A DNA stretch of 61,966 bases, filler included, from Sphacelaria rigidula (GCA_964200075.2; 8 parts of 8 records of this genome joined end to end with filler, not necessarily neighbours in it), one strand, 5' to 3'. Counted from the whole stretch's first letter, positions 35,930 to 48,309 are shown. The notes: generated by a model from the letters alone, not told the origin. A program made the numbers and translations.

Positions 35930-38305
35930 CAGGGGTCTACACGTTACACGTGCCACAGCGTTACACGTTACTTTCACGTTACGTTTTGGCCGAAACGTAA
36001 TGTGAACGTGATTTTTTTCACGTGATGAACGTAACATGAACGTAACGTTAAATTTTCAAATGAAACGTAACGTAATGTTATTTTGTTTTAACGTGACATA
36101 CGTAACGTAACGTGAACGTTTAATTGCCCAAACGTTCGAATCACGAAATATGAAACGTTTAATGTAATGTGTAACGTATATTACACGTTGCTCGTGCATT
36201 AGATGTTACACGTTACACGTAACGTTACATGTCACGTTACTCGTTACATGAAACGTCATGAACACGTTACATGCAGTGGTGAAACTTCAAGTTTGCAATG
36301 AGTTTAAAACCCTGGAAGATGGTGCTTCAATAAACACGAGTGAGTTCATGTGACCATGGTATAGTTATGGTACTATTGCAAAAATGTCGCGCTCTCCCCA
36401 CCACACGTCACAATCATAACATCGTGCTCATCTCGACCACATTCAAGGTTACGTCTTATGTATGAAAAACACGTTGTCAAAAAAGCCGTTTCTCAAAAGC
36501 GCGATTTTCAACAAAATTTTATAAAGTAGCCTTCCTCACGTAATCGACGCGCCGTCAAAATTGGAAACGCAGTGCTCATCGTTTCCTATGAGGTGTGCAG
36601 GCATAATTTCAAATTCTGGGGCGCGCGAGGTAGACGCAGCACTCTGCTGTCGTGTCGTGGTGTACGGTCCGTACTGACTGTCTGTACTACTGTTGTGATA
36701 CATCGCCTGAGCAATACATGGTGGGCTGCGTGACGGAAGACGATCAGTACGGACGCCGTCTTGCTGTACTAATAACTGACGGTAGAGGTGACGGTCGTGC
36801 TTTTCACTGCACGGTAGTCCTTGACTGAAAGAAAAGCACGGACACGAGTACACACAACAGTACTGTATTGTATGCGTTGGCTGTAAACTTTTTCGAGAGA
36901 TTGAGTGTAGAGCGCTGATTTGGAGTGACTTCATTCATTCGCTTCAAGGCGGCCAATTATTCATTCCGTGTGCACTTTTGATCCCCTCCACCACTGGCGT
37001 GTGCTTAAAGCTACACGTCAATATCCTACTCAAGGATATTAAGAGCCTCATTGGCAAGCTACTACAGGAAGAATATTGAGCCTCGTGGGGGGGCAGTACA
37101 GAACTGAAATGGGTGATTCACTGATTGACCACTTTTCACTCTCAATCGTATCCTCTACTCTCAATCTCACAAAAAGCTTGTTTGTAATGATGGCTTGGCT
37201 GCCATCATCACTGCTGTCTCTGGTGCTCGCGGGCAGTCAGCGTTTTGCTTTATTGTATTTCGCTCGCCAGAAGCGTGATGGCCCTTACCCCTTACCCTCA
37301 TGAGAACAAAACAGGGCAGGGTCCATGAAGAGTGCTGTCCGACACTCTATATGTAGGTTGGTTGCGCAGCAATGTAGCACAGTTCATGTTCGCATGCAGC
37401 GTGTTGCAAACAGCACCCGAATACAGCACAGACTGCCCAGATTCCCAAGCCCTGCAGATACTCCAGCAGTAGCACTACTGCTTATACTGTGGTTTTGTGT
37501 GTACGGTCAGTGCGGTCCTGTCTCTACAAGTCTTGGGTGCGTGGGCAGTCTGTACTGCATCGCGAGTGCTGTTCGCATCACGCTGCATGTACAGACCTGA
37601 AATGCGAGCTACAGCCGTGTCTATGCAAACAACATACAGAGGGTTTATACAGCACTTGTCATCGACCCTGCCCTGTGCTGTTCTCATGGGGTAAAGAGCT
37701 ACCATGATACTGGCGAGCGAAGGACAATGAAGCAACACGCTGACTACCCGCGAGCACCAGCGGCAGCAGTGGTGATGGCAGCCAAGCCACCCATGGCTGC
37801 TGTCGTGGGCTGGAAGGTGTGTTGGCGTGCGGCGGGATTTCAAACGCGATTTCTGATCACATGAAAATTGGGTTATCAGAAAAAGCGTATTTTATAAAGT
37901 TTTCTTCGAACATGAGCAGTAGCCGACGGGTCACCGTCAGCGTCATGTACACCTTAACATCGGGCGTTAAACGGCACATTACAACGTCTCAAACACTGGT
38001 GAATGAGCCGTGACATGCACAGAATGAAACGTTACATTCGAACGTTACACGTGTCAACGTAACGTTATATTTGACGTTACACGTGACATTGAAACGTTTC
38101 ATATTAGGTTACATGTAATGAAACGTAACGTTAACGTTTTTTTACATGATGAACGTCACGTGAACGTAACGTTAAACTTTCATATGAAACATTAACGTAA
38201 CGTTCAAATCTATTTAACGTGACATACGTAACGCCACGTGAACGTTCAATACTCTTTACGTGATGAACGTAACGTGAACGTGAACGTGTAACGTGTAGAC
38301 CCCTG
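35930..38305. mobile_element. Non-autonomous TIR DNA transposon (CAGGGG ends; hAT- or P-like) with ACGT-rich subterminal arrays and an internal palindrome
   Basis: Perfect 22-bp TIR CAGGGGTCTACACGTTACACGT; flanks AAGATTC/AAGATTT (7 bp, 1 mismatch); ~600-bp palindrome at ~37188-37790. Confidence 0.88.
36885..37180. mobile_element. Small MITE inserted in the 35930-38305 element
   Basis: Absent from the paralogous copy (empty site at ~20905); inverted ends CTTTTTCGAGAGATTGAGTGTAGAG / CTCTACTCTCAATCTCACAAAAAG. Confidence 0.7.
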
Positions 38306-38693
38306 AAGATTTTAAAAAAATCATCGCCCAAGACACCGGACACGGTTAAGAGGCCGTTCCAGTTTCACGAAGTGTAGTTGGTTTCTGCTGCGAGTAAACG
38401 TTCGACTAACTGGATTTTTGCGACTCCGTTTTGCGTCAGGATTCTTGCGACCTAATTCTTGCGATCGGGGTCTTGGGATAATGTTTCTGCGTCAGGATTC
38501 TTGCGATAGTTTTTTTGCTAGATTTTTCCACTTTAAAACCCCTATCGATTTCGGTTTTTGGGGGATAACTTCGTCAAAGGGATACTAAACGCATCCTGCT
38601 CCACGGGGGACCTGGACAAACAGCAGTTAACAGCCGATTTTCGAAAATGGGGTTGAAAAACCAAATCAGGTTCAACTCAAAAGCCGTGCTTTC

Positions 38694-38793
38694 NNNNNNN
38701 NNNNNNNNNNNNNNNNNNNNNNNNNNNNNNNNNNNNNTTAATTAATTAANNNNNNNNNNNNNNNNNNNNNNNNNNNNNNNNNNNNNNNNNNNN
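38694..38793. other. Artificial contig linker
   Basis: N44-TTAATTAATTAA-N44. Confidence 0.99.
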
Positions 38794-38964
38794 CTCGTCG
38801 CCGGTCAAGTCGAACTTTTGTGTACCCACGACATGGTCGCTCTCCACTGTTGGGCATGGTGTGAGAAAAAATCCCAGATCGTGTGACTGCACCAAGATTC
38901 GAACCCACGACCCAGCCGTCAGAAGGTTGTGAAGTTACCAACTGAGCCACCGGGGCGACCGGCA
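38794..38964 (-). mobile_element. tRNA-derived SINE, cut by contig start
   Basis: Minus strand: GCCGGTCGCCCCGGTGGCTCAGTTGGTAA...GTGGGTTCGAATC. Confidence 0.82.
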
Positions 38965-39697
38965 TTGATTAGGCCCTGTTATATATCTGAAGGTTTGGGG
39001 CTGAACGTTCCCGCTCCAACTCGCGTGACAGGGCGTGACAGGTGTAGGGTAATCCATCTTCTCTACCGCGTACAGTGCGATTTGGCAAGGATCCTTGCCG
39101 GCGTACCTGGCAAGGGGGCGACGTCCCCCCACAGACAGTACCACAACTTCCGCGCAGGGAGAGCTGATATTCTCGCAGCACCGGGGGTGGGTGGTCAGGT
39201 ATTCTTCTCCAGATACCAACTCGGAGCACGGCGCCGGAGGGTCTGTACGTTGATATTTCGGTGATTGTCCCACTCCCACTTCGCCGAGGTCTTGCGGAGT
39301 GTTCAACGATGTCAGTACCCTACATTATGTGCGTAAAAGTACAAGCCTGTGTGTATGCCAATGGGTCAGTTGTTTTCCATGTAGCTTCGCCGAAGGTACA
39401 ATCATTCAAAGGAAGGAGGCGACCTTATAGTTCTACGTGCGCCACCTGGAGCGAACGCATACTTGACGGAAGTCCAACGCCCATCTGCATGCAATTCACG
39501 CGGGAGTCGTGACGCTAAAAAGGTATCGTGACAAACAACCCCGACACAGCCCTCGCCAAAGGCGTCAATGTTGTGGATGGTGCGCAGTCTTCAAACACGA
39601 TGAGTAAACAGTACTGCATTTTAATGGTGCGCACAGACAGGGCGGGGGTCGCGTGTAGGAGAGCACGGTACCAAGTTCATCCTGTACTCCTTTTTTA

Positions 39698-40086
39698 GCC
39701 GGTCGCCTCGGTGGCTCAGTTGGTAATCTCGAATTCTTCTGATGGTTGGGTCGTGGGTTCGAATCTCCGTGCAGTCACACGATCTGGATTTTTTTCTCAC
39801 ACCACACGCAACGGTGGAGAGCGACTATGTCGTGGGTACACAAAATTCGGAGTCACGGTCGACGAGGGGGCGGGACTGCTGCACCCCTCCCGCGATTAAA
39901 ACTAAGGCAAGCACCGCACAAGGAAGGTAGAGTACTAAAACAAAAGAAACGAGAGATAACTCCTGTGTTAGCCTTCCTCCTGTGTGACCCCGGCTGATGC
40001 GCCCACATATACCAAAAGGTGTAGACTGGCATCCAGAATAGATGGGATGACAAGTCACACACACATACACACACACTCCACACACT
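39698..40086 (+). mobile_element. Full-length tRNA-derived SINE with (CA)n tail
   Basis: A box TGGCTCAGTTGG and B box GGTTCGAATC; ~290-bp body shared with 17703-17925; ends CACACACACATACACACACAC. Confidence 0.88.
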
Positions 40087-40569
40087 CCTGTTGACAGCCA
40101 CGATTTTCACTTGCAACCACTTGCGATATGCGCTGTGACGTTCCTCCTGCGTGTTGCTGCTTTCTCCACCTTACTGGCACGCCTGTTGAACCAGCTGTCC
40201 GTGCTGATTGTGATCACCGCTCTTGCCACGATGACTTCTCTAAGCCCAGAGCCTAGTAGAATTGACACAGCTAAACATAATGGTTGCGACTGGAACTTGA
40301 AAATCTTTACAAGTCACTTTTTCGAAAGCCCTCATACTATCGAAAAGTAAAAACACTGAGTATTGTAGTACTAACGGCACAACAGCCCGTTTACGGGTGC
40401 TCATCGGGGATTGTTGTCCCCCGAGAAGTGTCCGGGCTGTTCAACGACATTTTTTCCGACGATAGACAACTATTGTAGTGCAATAATTCCTTCCGTTTTT
40501 CAATATGGATCCATTTGATTTTACACTACAGGCCCGTTTACGGAAGAAACCCCAAAAACACTCATCGGC

Positions 40570-41290
40570 AAAACTTCACGCAGTTTTAAGGAGTTAGACC
40601 CTGAAATTTTTGCACAGGTGTTCTATGGGTCATTACGCAACTTTATATGGACGAGCTTCTTTTTCTTTTTTGTTTTTTTCACCTTTTTTCCGGGGTCCCA
40701 GTTTTTTCGGGGAAACTTCGATCCAGTCGGACCCCCGTAAAACGGTTAAAAAGAAAAAAGAATAAACCTCATCCATTCAAAGTTGCGCAATGACCCATAG
40801 AACACCTGTGCAAAATTTCAGGGTCTAACTCCTTGAAACGGCGTGAAGGTTTTCGCGTTTGTGCGATGAACCTTGTCTTGCCACGGTGAAACGGCAAACT
40901 ACAAGATTTTAGTATGAAAATGGCGTTTTTGGGCCTTTTTCGACGTGAACATGAAAATTCAAGCACCAGTTAATCGAGTTTGGCCACGAAAATTTATGGG
41001 GTTCTTCCTTGGGTTTTGTGGCGGCAGAGCGTTCGCGATAAGAAAGGAAAAAAAGACCGTGGTGCCGGTTTTCTGGGGTCCCAGAATGGATGACTTCGAA
41101 TAAACGACTTGGGTCACGTCGAACCCCCGAAAAACGGTTGAAAAATCAAGAACTAGAAAAAACTCGTTGATCGAAACTTGCGCAATGATTCATAGCACAT
41201 TTGTGCAAAGTTTCAGGGTCTAACTCCTAAAAAATGCTCGAAGATTTGCGCGTTTGTGCGAGGATGTGAGCTTAAAACGTGCAAACTCCT
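40570..41290. repeat. Inverted repeat (40570-40852) plus a third direct copy of the arm (~41175-41260); probable transposon remnant
   Basis: GGAGTTAGACCCTGAAATTTTTGCACAGGTGTTCTATGGGTCATT mirrored by AATGACCCATAGAACACCTGTGCAAAATTTCAGGGTCTAACTCC; repeated at ~41185-41228. Confidence 0.75.
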
Positions 41291-42034
41291 AACTACTTCG
41301 TTTGAGTATGAAAACATATTTTGGGGTGTATTCTACGTCAAGGCAGGACAAATTGTATGAGATTTTCGAGTTTCTCCACCAAAAATTGTACATGTGTTCC
41401 TTGGACGATCCTGGGACGCATCATGTTGTTATTTTCTATTTTGAGTCATTATGTACCACCTTTCGGGGGTCTTTGTACTGGGACCCCCGGAAGCCGGTAG
41501 ATAACGGAGAAACTTTGACACCTTGCCAAGAACACAAGTTTTCCATTTGGAGCATCAATACCTACGGAACTGCCAACTTTGCGGATGATCTGAGCTTTTC
41601 TACAACAGATATAAGGGAAATCGTCACGAGGCTCCCTGGGTCTTTCCTGCGTATCATGAGTGGAAGTTAGACGACGCCAAACTCCACATCACCGAAACAT
41701 TACGGTTTCGGGTATAATTCGATCCCGTTGGAACCGTTTCCAAATCCTATCCTCCCGTTAGATTCTTGAGGTGATGGCGGTCACTACGATTTGAAGCATG
41801 TGGAGAGTCGGTGGAAATTGGGCTTGGAATTCGTATTTTCAATTTCGGAACAGTTTGAAAGGCGCTGATTGGTCGAGACACATTTTTGTCCATAGCACCA
41901 CCGCTATAGCCTCAAAAACAATTCCGGCTATGTCACCCTCTTCGTCTGTTCATTGCGGTCAGTATGATACCATGTATTTGACTATTGGGTGCGTATTGCA
42001 GGAGGCATTTGCTGATGACATAATTTTTTTTTTT

Positions 42035-42131
42035 TGTACTGTACTGTATGCCGTACTGTCTTGCACTGTGCTGTGCTGTGCTGTGCTGTGCTGTGCTGTG
42101 CTGTGCTGTGCTGTGCTGTGCTGTACTGTGC
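42035..42131. repeat. (CTGTG)n pentanucleotide microsatellite
   Basis: Direct reading. Confidence 0.95.
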
Positions 42132-42649
42132 GTTTCAGTTCGGCTTTGTCTATCTTTAGAGTTACCCCCAGGGTGGGTCATCTGTTGCATTGACACACTT
42201 CCGACTTGAAAAATGAAAAGTGATGTACAGACGGTCGGCCGTAAGCAATGCACCAGGCCAGTGTGTTTGTCGTGTGCGCAGAAGGTCTTCTGGGGTTTTC
42301 TTCGAACCGACGGGATATATCCTCCGTTTCTGATTGGCTAGCTCGATTTTTACATCAGGAAGAGCCGGGACACCTACTTAAAATGTTTCGCTGTATTTTT
42401 TTAGCGATTAGTATCTCTAACAGTGTGATATGGTCGGTGGTACGTAGGAGGGACCCGTGCTGTGATCACCACCTCTGATTGACCCGACCCGCTCATTATG
42501 ACCCCAACTCCAGGAATGTCATCCTCCAATCTCTTGTCCGGGCTATAGTCGTGCTCCTCACTTGGGGCGTCGCGTCTCAGCGCCCCATCGCCTCAGTCTT
42601 TACCTCGTCCTAATGAGCCTTACTCCGCAAGGCTTACGAAATCCAAGTC

Positions 42650-44050
42650 CACGTTGCGTTCCCACACGCTCCATACCCCCTTCACCGAGCGAGAAGCTGT
42701 AAACTACACACACCCTTCGTCTCGGGTTAGATAAGCTACACCCCGTCGTATACGGATCCCTGCTATGCTGGCGTCGTTTTGACTCTACGTCTGTTCACCC
42801 CATTTTTGACTCAGCCCATTTCACCTTCCCTACACGCCACTCTGTTCTCCGAGAGCCTTTTGGCTCCCCGTGTTTATCAATTGGAACACTCTAGTCTCAC
42901 GGACTAGACGTTGAACCCCTAAAGACACCCTGCCGGGCGTTGAAGAATTTAAGGGATACACGGAAGCAGAGGTTGCAGCCGACACCCCCACCTCTATCTA
43001 CTTCAACCTCACCACCGACTCCAAGATTAGGCGCAGCGCTCGCCACGATGTTTCCTTCGTTCATCAACGACGGGGTTCGAAGACGAAAGTCTCGACGGTC
43101 GCGATGACTGCTGATTCGTGCTTGCTCCCCCCCCCGCCGTCGCCGGTGCTATTATGGTGACGGCGGGCACAGCTGACCCAATGCCGCCTGGAAGCGCTGC
43201 ACTATTCTGATTCTGCAGAAGCGATGCGGCGGCGGCGCTCGCAGGTTGTACTGCAGTAACGGCGTCCGGTGGTACTAGTGGTTTTCCGCGGCATCCGGTG
43301 CTCGTTGTGGTGCTTCCCCGGGGTGGGGTGATGATGCCGCGGAGGCGCCCGCCACGGCTCCTGTGTTGGTCTGCCCCACGCCGGGGCTACGATCAGAGCA
43401 GTACATGGCCACGATTTTGTCCGACATTGCTTCCAAGAACACGCTGATAGTATGGTATGCCACACGATAGTTGCTAACCTCCGGTGCTTTTCTCCCGTCC
43501 ATACCAAGTGCCCCTGCGATGTGCTCTATCCTCACCCCCCACCCCCCCACCACCAATACCGCTTCATGGTTACCTTTTCCATGTGATGCAGAAGATGCCA
43601 GTCACCCCTATATGTTTTTTAACTGCAAAAATACATTATTCGGTTACCGTCAGAGGCCACGGCATACCCTGAGGTGGTAGTGCTGGCTGGGATTGCTTCG
43701 GGTGAGGTGGTACATATATCGGAATGTCTCCTCGTCACCGGTGACCATTGATGCCCCCGCCACGCCCCTCCCGTCCACCCGGCGTATGTCGACAAGATAG
43801 TCATTCATGGCTTCGGAGTCGGTTAAACTATTCGTGCTGCCTGACTGCATGAACAATTACTGGAACATCTGTGTTGACCACGTGCAGCTCCCTCTGCATC
43901 ACGGGCTGTATTGCCCCAGTGCGGATGACGTTGAGGCGAAGAGAGCGCGGACTATTTGGGTCCATATTTTCCCGTGACAGGTCTAACCCCTTGCCCTTCT
44001 CAAGTATAGTCCGTGGTCTCAAGGGATCATGCCATATCTACCCCGGTACA
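42650..44050 (-). pseudogene. Possible highly degenerate LTR-retrotransposon gag-knuckle-protease remnant
   Basis: Broken reading frames in plausible order: gag-like segment (~43830-44020), knuckle-like SNYRVAYHTISVF (~43440-43478), protease-like LINTGSQ (~42862-42882); weak motif matches only. Confidence 0.3.
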
Positions 44051-45606
44051 CGCCTTTGATTTTGGTGCCGTGTGCTGTCGTCAAATGAACTTTCTTGCTA
44101 CCCACGTCCCCGCGTTTTTAAAAACGGGAATCACCATTTTCTCCGAGATACATTGGGAGTGAAGGGCGTATGCCGGGAAACCGAACTCTGATTCCTCGAA
44201 CCTAATTGGTGCTAGTTTCATCAATTAAAACCACCGGGGTTCGGCGGCTGCGCACCCTTTTCTCGTTATTATGGTATGCCAGGTACCGAATGACCGCTGT
44301 GTACACGCACTGAACTGCATGTATACACAGCGTCCGGATCAACATGTCCTGTACAAATCTAGACGTCCTCAATTTCGTTCATGAGCCATAACCATCACCC
44401 CGAAACATGAGCAAAGTAGTCAGCTGCGTGCGATCTTTAGCACTCATAGTTTGCAGGGTGTTATTTTGAAGAGGGATCTTATGGCACTCTTATTCCGGAA
44501 TAAATTTTGGTGTGGTATGTCACGTTCGTACTGCCCTGCCCGCCGTGAAAGTATGCACCCAGACGTCGTATCCTGCGACTACCTTGGGGATCCTATACAT
44601 CTATCGTGAGCGAATGTCCTGGGGGTGGCACGGATGGCGGGTTGGACGTGTCTGATTTTGATCCAACATATCTTCCATCGTGTGGTTCTCATCCCGTGCC
44701 GTCTCATGGCAGCGGACTTTTGTTTTGGCCATCACATGTAATGTCACAACGTACGACTGTGGTGGTATTTTTCAACTTCGCAACTCCAACTCTATATTGA
44801 CGTCAACTCCGTTGATTGCGCTTCACGTAAGCGGGTCGTTCGAACCCCGGGTGCAGGTTCCCAACATGCGCTTCTTTCACCAATGGGGGTACTGGCAGTG
44901 GTTTGCATCTCCATTCATGGACGAGGCAATTCACCAGATTACACGTGATCCACGCCGTTAGCGGGACCATATTCTTGTACGCTTGGACCCTACCACCAGA
45001 TATGCAACACTGCTGTACATGGCGTTTTCTTCTTGTGGTCGAGGCAGTTCAGCACCTAGCAATATTCTCTGCGGACTGAACAATGCTCTGTACCGGGGCG
45101 TGGCTGTGCTCTACAAAGTATATCACAGCGTCCATGTACTGATGTAGAGCAATCTCAAGCTTCAGTCAATCCGTTTCATTTACGACTTGCGCGATGCTGT
45201 CTAGTCCCCTGCTGCATGTACAGCACGAGCGGACCCTCCATGCAACATTAGGATATTTGCCATTATCCACCGTTTCTCGCGGAAGGTGTCTGAAAATGTA
45301 TTGAAAAGAAGAAAAATAATGGGCGGAACACGGACAGGAAACCCATCCTTGTTTTTTTTTACGAGTATAGCCCCGCGTTGTCATCAAGATCCCTCTTGCC
45401 GAAAGATCGCGACGAGATATCTCCAACAACCCAGCTTTAGACGATCTCACCGTCGGAGCCTGCGATAAAATCACGGATGAGTTTGTTGTCACCCCGGCTA
45501 GTATACTCCGTATAACACCTGGGGAATTGGAATTATGACACTTCTGGGGAAAATTAGTTTGATACCAGACATCAAACCTTGTGTTTTTCAATCATGATCG
45601 ATCCAG

Positions 45607-45747
45607 GGCGTGATGGAGGAGTTCGGCTTGGGTCCGAACGGCGCCATGCTGTACTGCCTTGAGTACCTCGAGAAGAACGTCGACTGGCTGGTGGAGAGGC
45701 TGCGGGGACTCAAGCAGAAGTATCTTGTCTTCGACTTTCCGGGACAG
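45607..45747 (+). CDS. GPN2: Internal exon of a GPN-loop GTPase (GPN2-like; RNA polymerase II assembly/import factor)
   Basis: atccag| acceptor, CAG|gtacga donor, 141 nt phase 0-0; GVMEEFGLGPNGAMLYCLEYLEKNVDWLVERLRGLKQKYLVFDFPGQ contains the GPN loop (LGPNG) and the G3 motif DxPGQ; GPN3 is the alternative paralog. Confidence 0.9.
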
Positions 45748-46371
45748 GTACGAAATGTACAGACAGTGCAGTACTGTGACAGCGGACAGAGCAATAGTGT
45801 GACGGCAAGCATCGGAGCCCGAAACAGCCCGAATGCTGGGGACACAATGTAGCGAGAAAAAAAAGTGTTGTATTCACCGGTAAGTGTTGTGTGACATAAT
45901 GTTGATGGATGGCTCATGTACCGTTGCAGGGTCACCTACCAGTATCACATCGTGGTTTGGGATTCGCCGTTCAACTTTGCCGAGTGTCACGGTCACCACT
46001 GTCTTGGTTGGTTGATTGATTGCTTGGTTCGTTGGTTCGTTGGTGCGTTGGTGCGTCGATTGCCGCACTTCCTTAACTAATTCCCGAGGGATCCATATCC
46101 AGCCGTGGTCACATGATAGACTGTACCCGTGGTGAACACATCAGAAACACTGGCTGAAGGAAACTCGAGAAGGGATGGAGATGAGAGAGAAAAATATGGC
46201 AAAGAACGGAGTAAACCGGACGAAAAACAAGATGCGATGTGGATTGTCGTATTTTCTTGGTTTGTGGTGTGGTGTGTGTGGTGCTTGGGATCAAGAGCTA
46301 CAGTCAGAGGTCGTACGCACTCCTTCAAACGTTTCCATCGCATTTTTGCCTCTCCCCCCCCCATCACCTGG

Positions 46372-46447
46372 GCTCCGTATCGCAAGGGATGCGTGGTCAA
46401 TGGTCAAACGACTGAGGCAAGCAACAAATGAGTACCCCCCCCCCCCC
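46372..46447 (+). mobile_element. Mini copy of the LINE 3' end (subfamily A)
   Basis: GCTCCGTATCGCAAGGGATGCGTGGTCAATGGTCAAACGACTGAGGCAAGCAACAAATGAGTAC-C-run; flanks C-run-ATCAC / C-run-TCAC. Confidence 0.85.
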
Positions 46448-46451
46448 TCAC

Positions 46452-46551
46452 NNNNNNNNNNNNNNNNNNNNNNNNNNNNNNNNNNNNNNNNNNNNTTAAT
46501 TAATTAANNNNNNNNNNNNNNNNNNNNNNNNNNNNNNNNNNNNNNNNNNNN
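46452..46551. other. Artificial contig linker
   Basis: N44-TTAATTAATTAA-N44. Confidence 0.99.
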
Positions 46552-46745
46552 GTAGGGATGCGAGGTCAATGGTGTTATGACTATGGCATGCATGATCATG
46601 AGTACACCCCCTCCCCGCCCCTCAATTCGCGCTTGGTGATCGCGAGCCTGGTCCGGCGAAAACCGGGGGTGCTCCGTCCCAGCTTGTAGGGATGCGAGAT
46701 CAATGGTTTCATGACTATGACATGCAAGATCATGAGTACACCCCG
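46552..46745 (+). mobile_element. Two tandem LINE 3'-end copies (subfamily B)
   Basis: GTAGGGATGCGAG.TCAATGGT.T.ATGACTATG.CATGCA.GATCATGAGTACACCCC at 46552 and ~46686. Confidence 0.75.
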
Positions 46746-47544
46746 CTCTCAGTATTCTAATTTGGTGTACGGTGGCACGAAGTTCTCACTTGCGTGACAA
46801 CAGGCGAGGTCGGCTTTTGTTCACACAGCACAAAAAAAGTCAGCAGCTGATCGCATCAGGCTGTACGGCTACACAATACTCGATCATTTTCGAAATGGCT
46901 CCTTCTACCCCCTTCACGCCAGCAACGGATAATGCTTCCCGCTGTATCGTGCTATCGTGTTTTTCTTCTGGGCGTCATAACACTCGCACAAACTCTCCGC
47001 CAACGACCCGAGCCGCCTGCTACCGAGCTTTGAAGCATCGCATGGCATACCCGATCGAAAGGGAGGAGCCGCGATGGATCTCGTGAAGGTGACGTATGTT
47101 GTGTATCAGTAATATTGAACACTCGACCGTTAACCAGACAAAGTTGACACAACTATTACACGTATTTCCTTCACTGGAGTATATTTCAGGGATTGACTGT
47201 AAGGCAGACTTCCCTACAAGCATAATAGACGAAGAGCGTGATCCTATGTAGTACACTATACCAAACACAAATGGGCAAAAAAGAAAACACCAGTAGGGTG
47301 CCATGCCATCATTCAATAACCAAGCATATTAATCAGCACTATTATCCACGTGTAGTCCAACGAGAAAGCGTGGCGGTGAAGGAACTACCGTAATCATAAG
47401 TCAAGTCCCCACCATTTTCCTCCTCCACTCAAGTTTTGGCGTTTTCCTGATGTCAAATCATGACCCTGTGTCGCTGACTGGTAGTATATGAACATGGTAT
47501 ACAACACATGACCCGATGAATGATTGCACACGTCGGACAGATCA

Positions 47545-48242
47545 GCTCCCTATAGCTCGAGCTAGCTCTTTTTTACCGTAGCTCCCTAGTGAGCTATGAG
47601 AGCTGTATGAGCTACGCATGTTTACCGTAAGTGAGCTACCAACACGTAGCTCATCAGCTCATATTCGTCCTGGGTGAGCTGTGGGAGCTGTTTGAGCTAC
47701 GCACGTTTGCGATAGGTGAGCTACCAACCCGTAGCTCATCAGCTCAGACTCGTCCTGGGTGGGCTAGGAGAGCTGCATCAGCTATGCATGTTTACCGTGC
47801 GTGAGCTAACCAACCCGTAGCTCATCAGCTCATATTCGCCCTGGGTGAGCTATGAGAGCTGCATGAGCTACGCATGTTTGCCCCGGATGAGCTATGAGAG
47901 ATGCATGAGCTACGAATGTTTGCCCCGGATGAGCTATGAGAGATGCATGAGCTATACATGTTTGCTCTGGATGAACTATGAGAGATACGGGAGCTACGCA
48001 TGATTGCACTGGTTGAGCTAAAGAGCTACGGGAGCTACGCCGATCTTGGAGTTGTCTCCGTTCCGATGCTCATGCACGTTGACATTGTAAGTCCGTGACA
48101 ACGGTTAGATGTGCACACACCTGTTCCGTTCCGTGTAGCGATGAATTTGCTTTTTGTAAACATCAACAATCAACATGGCTGCGTTAGAAGTCATCCGCAT
48201 CATAGCCACCACATATACACACAACCACAGACGCGCACACAA

Positions 48243-48309
<67 letters not shown>

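Larger units (their letters stand above)
33847..38693. mobile_element. Putative outer TIR element hosting a minisatellite, a LINE and a DNA transposon derivative; right end cut by contig end
   Basis: CAGGGAAAGCACGGATTTCGAGTTGAACCT at 33847 is mirrored by AGGTTCAACTCAAAAGCCGTGCTTTC ending at 38693. Confidence 0.55.

Noticed and set aside
38970..39600. Gypsy RT/RNase H remnant on the minus strand (AKWEWD, ALYAVEK)
   Set aside because: The motifs are too fragmentary and lie in different frames, so I cannot support the call without a search.
39698..39780. tRNA gene (also 2945-3021 and 38885-38964)
   Set aside because: A and B boxes are present, but there is no convincing acceptor stem and each copy continues into a shared SINE body.
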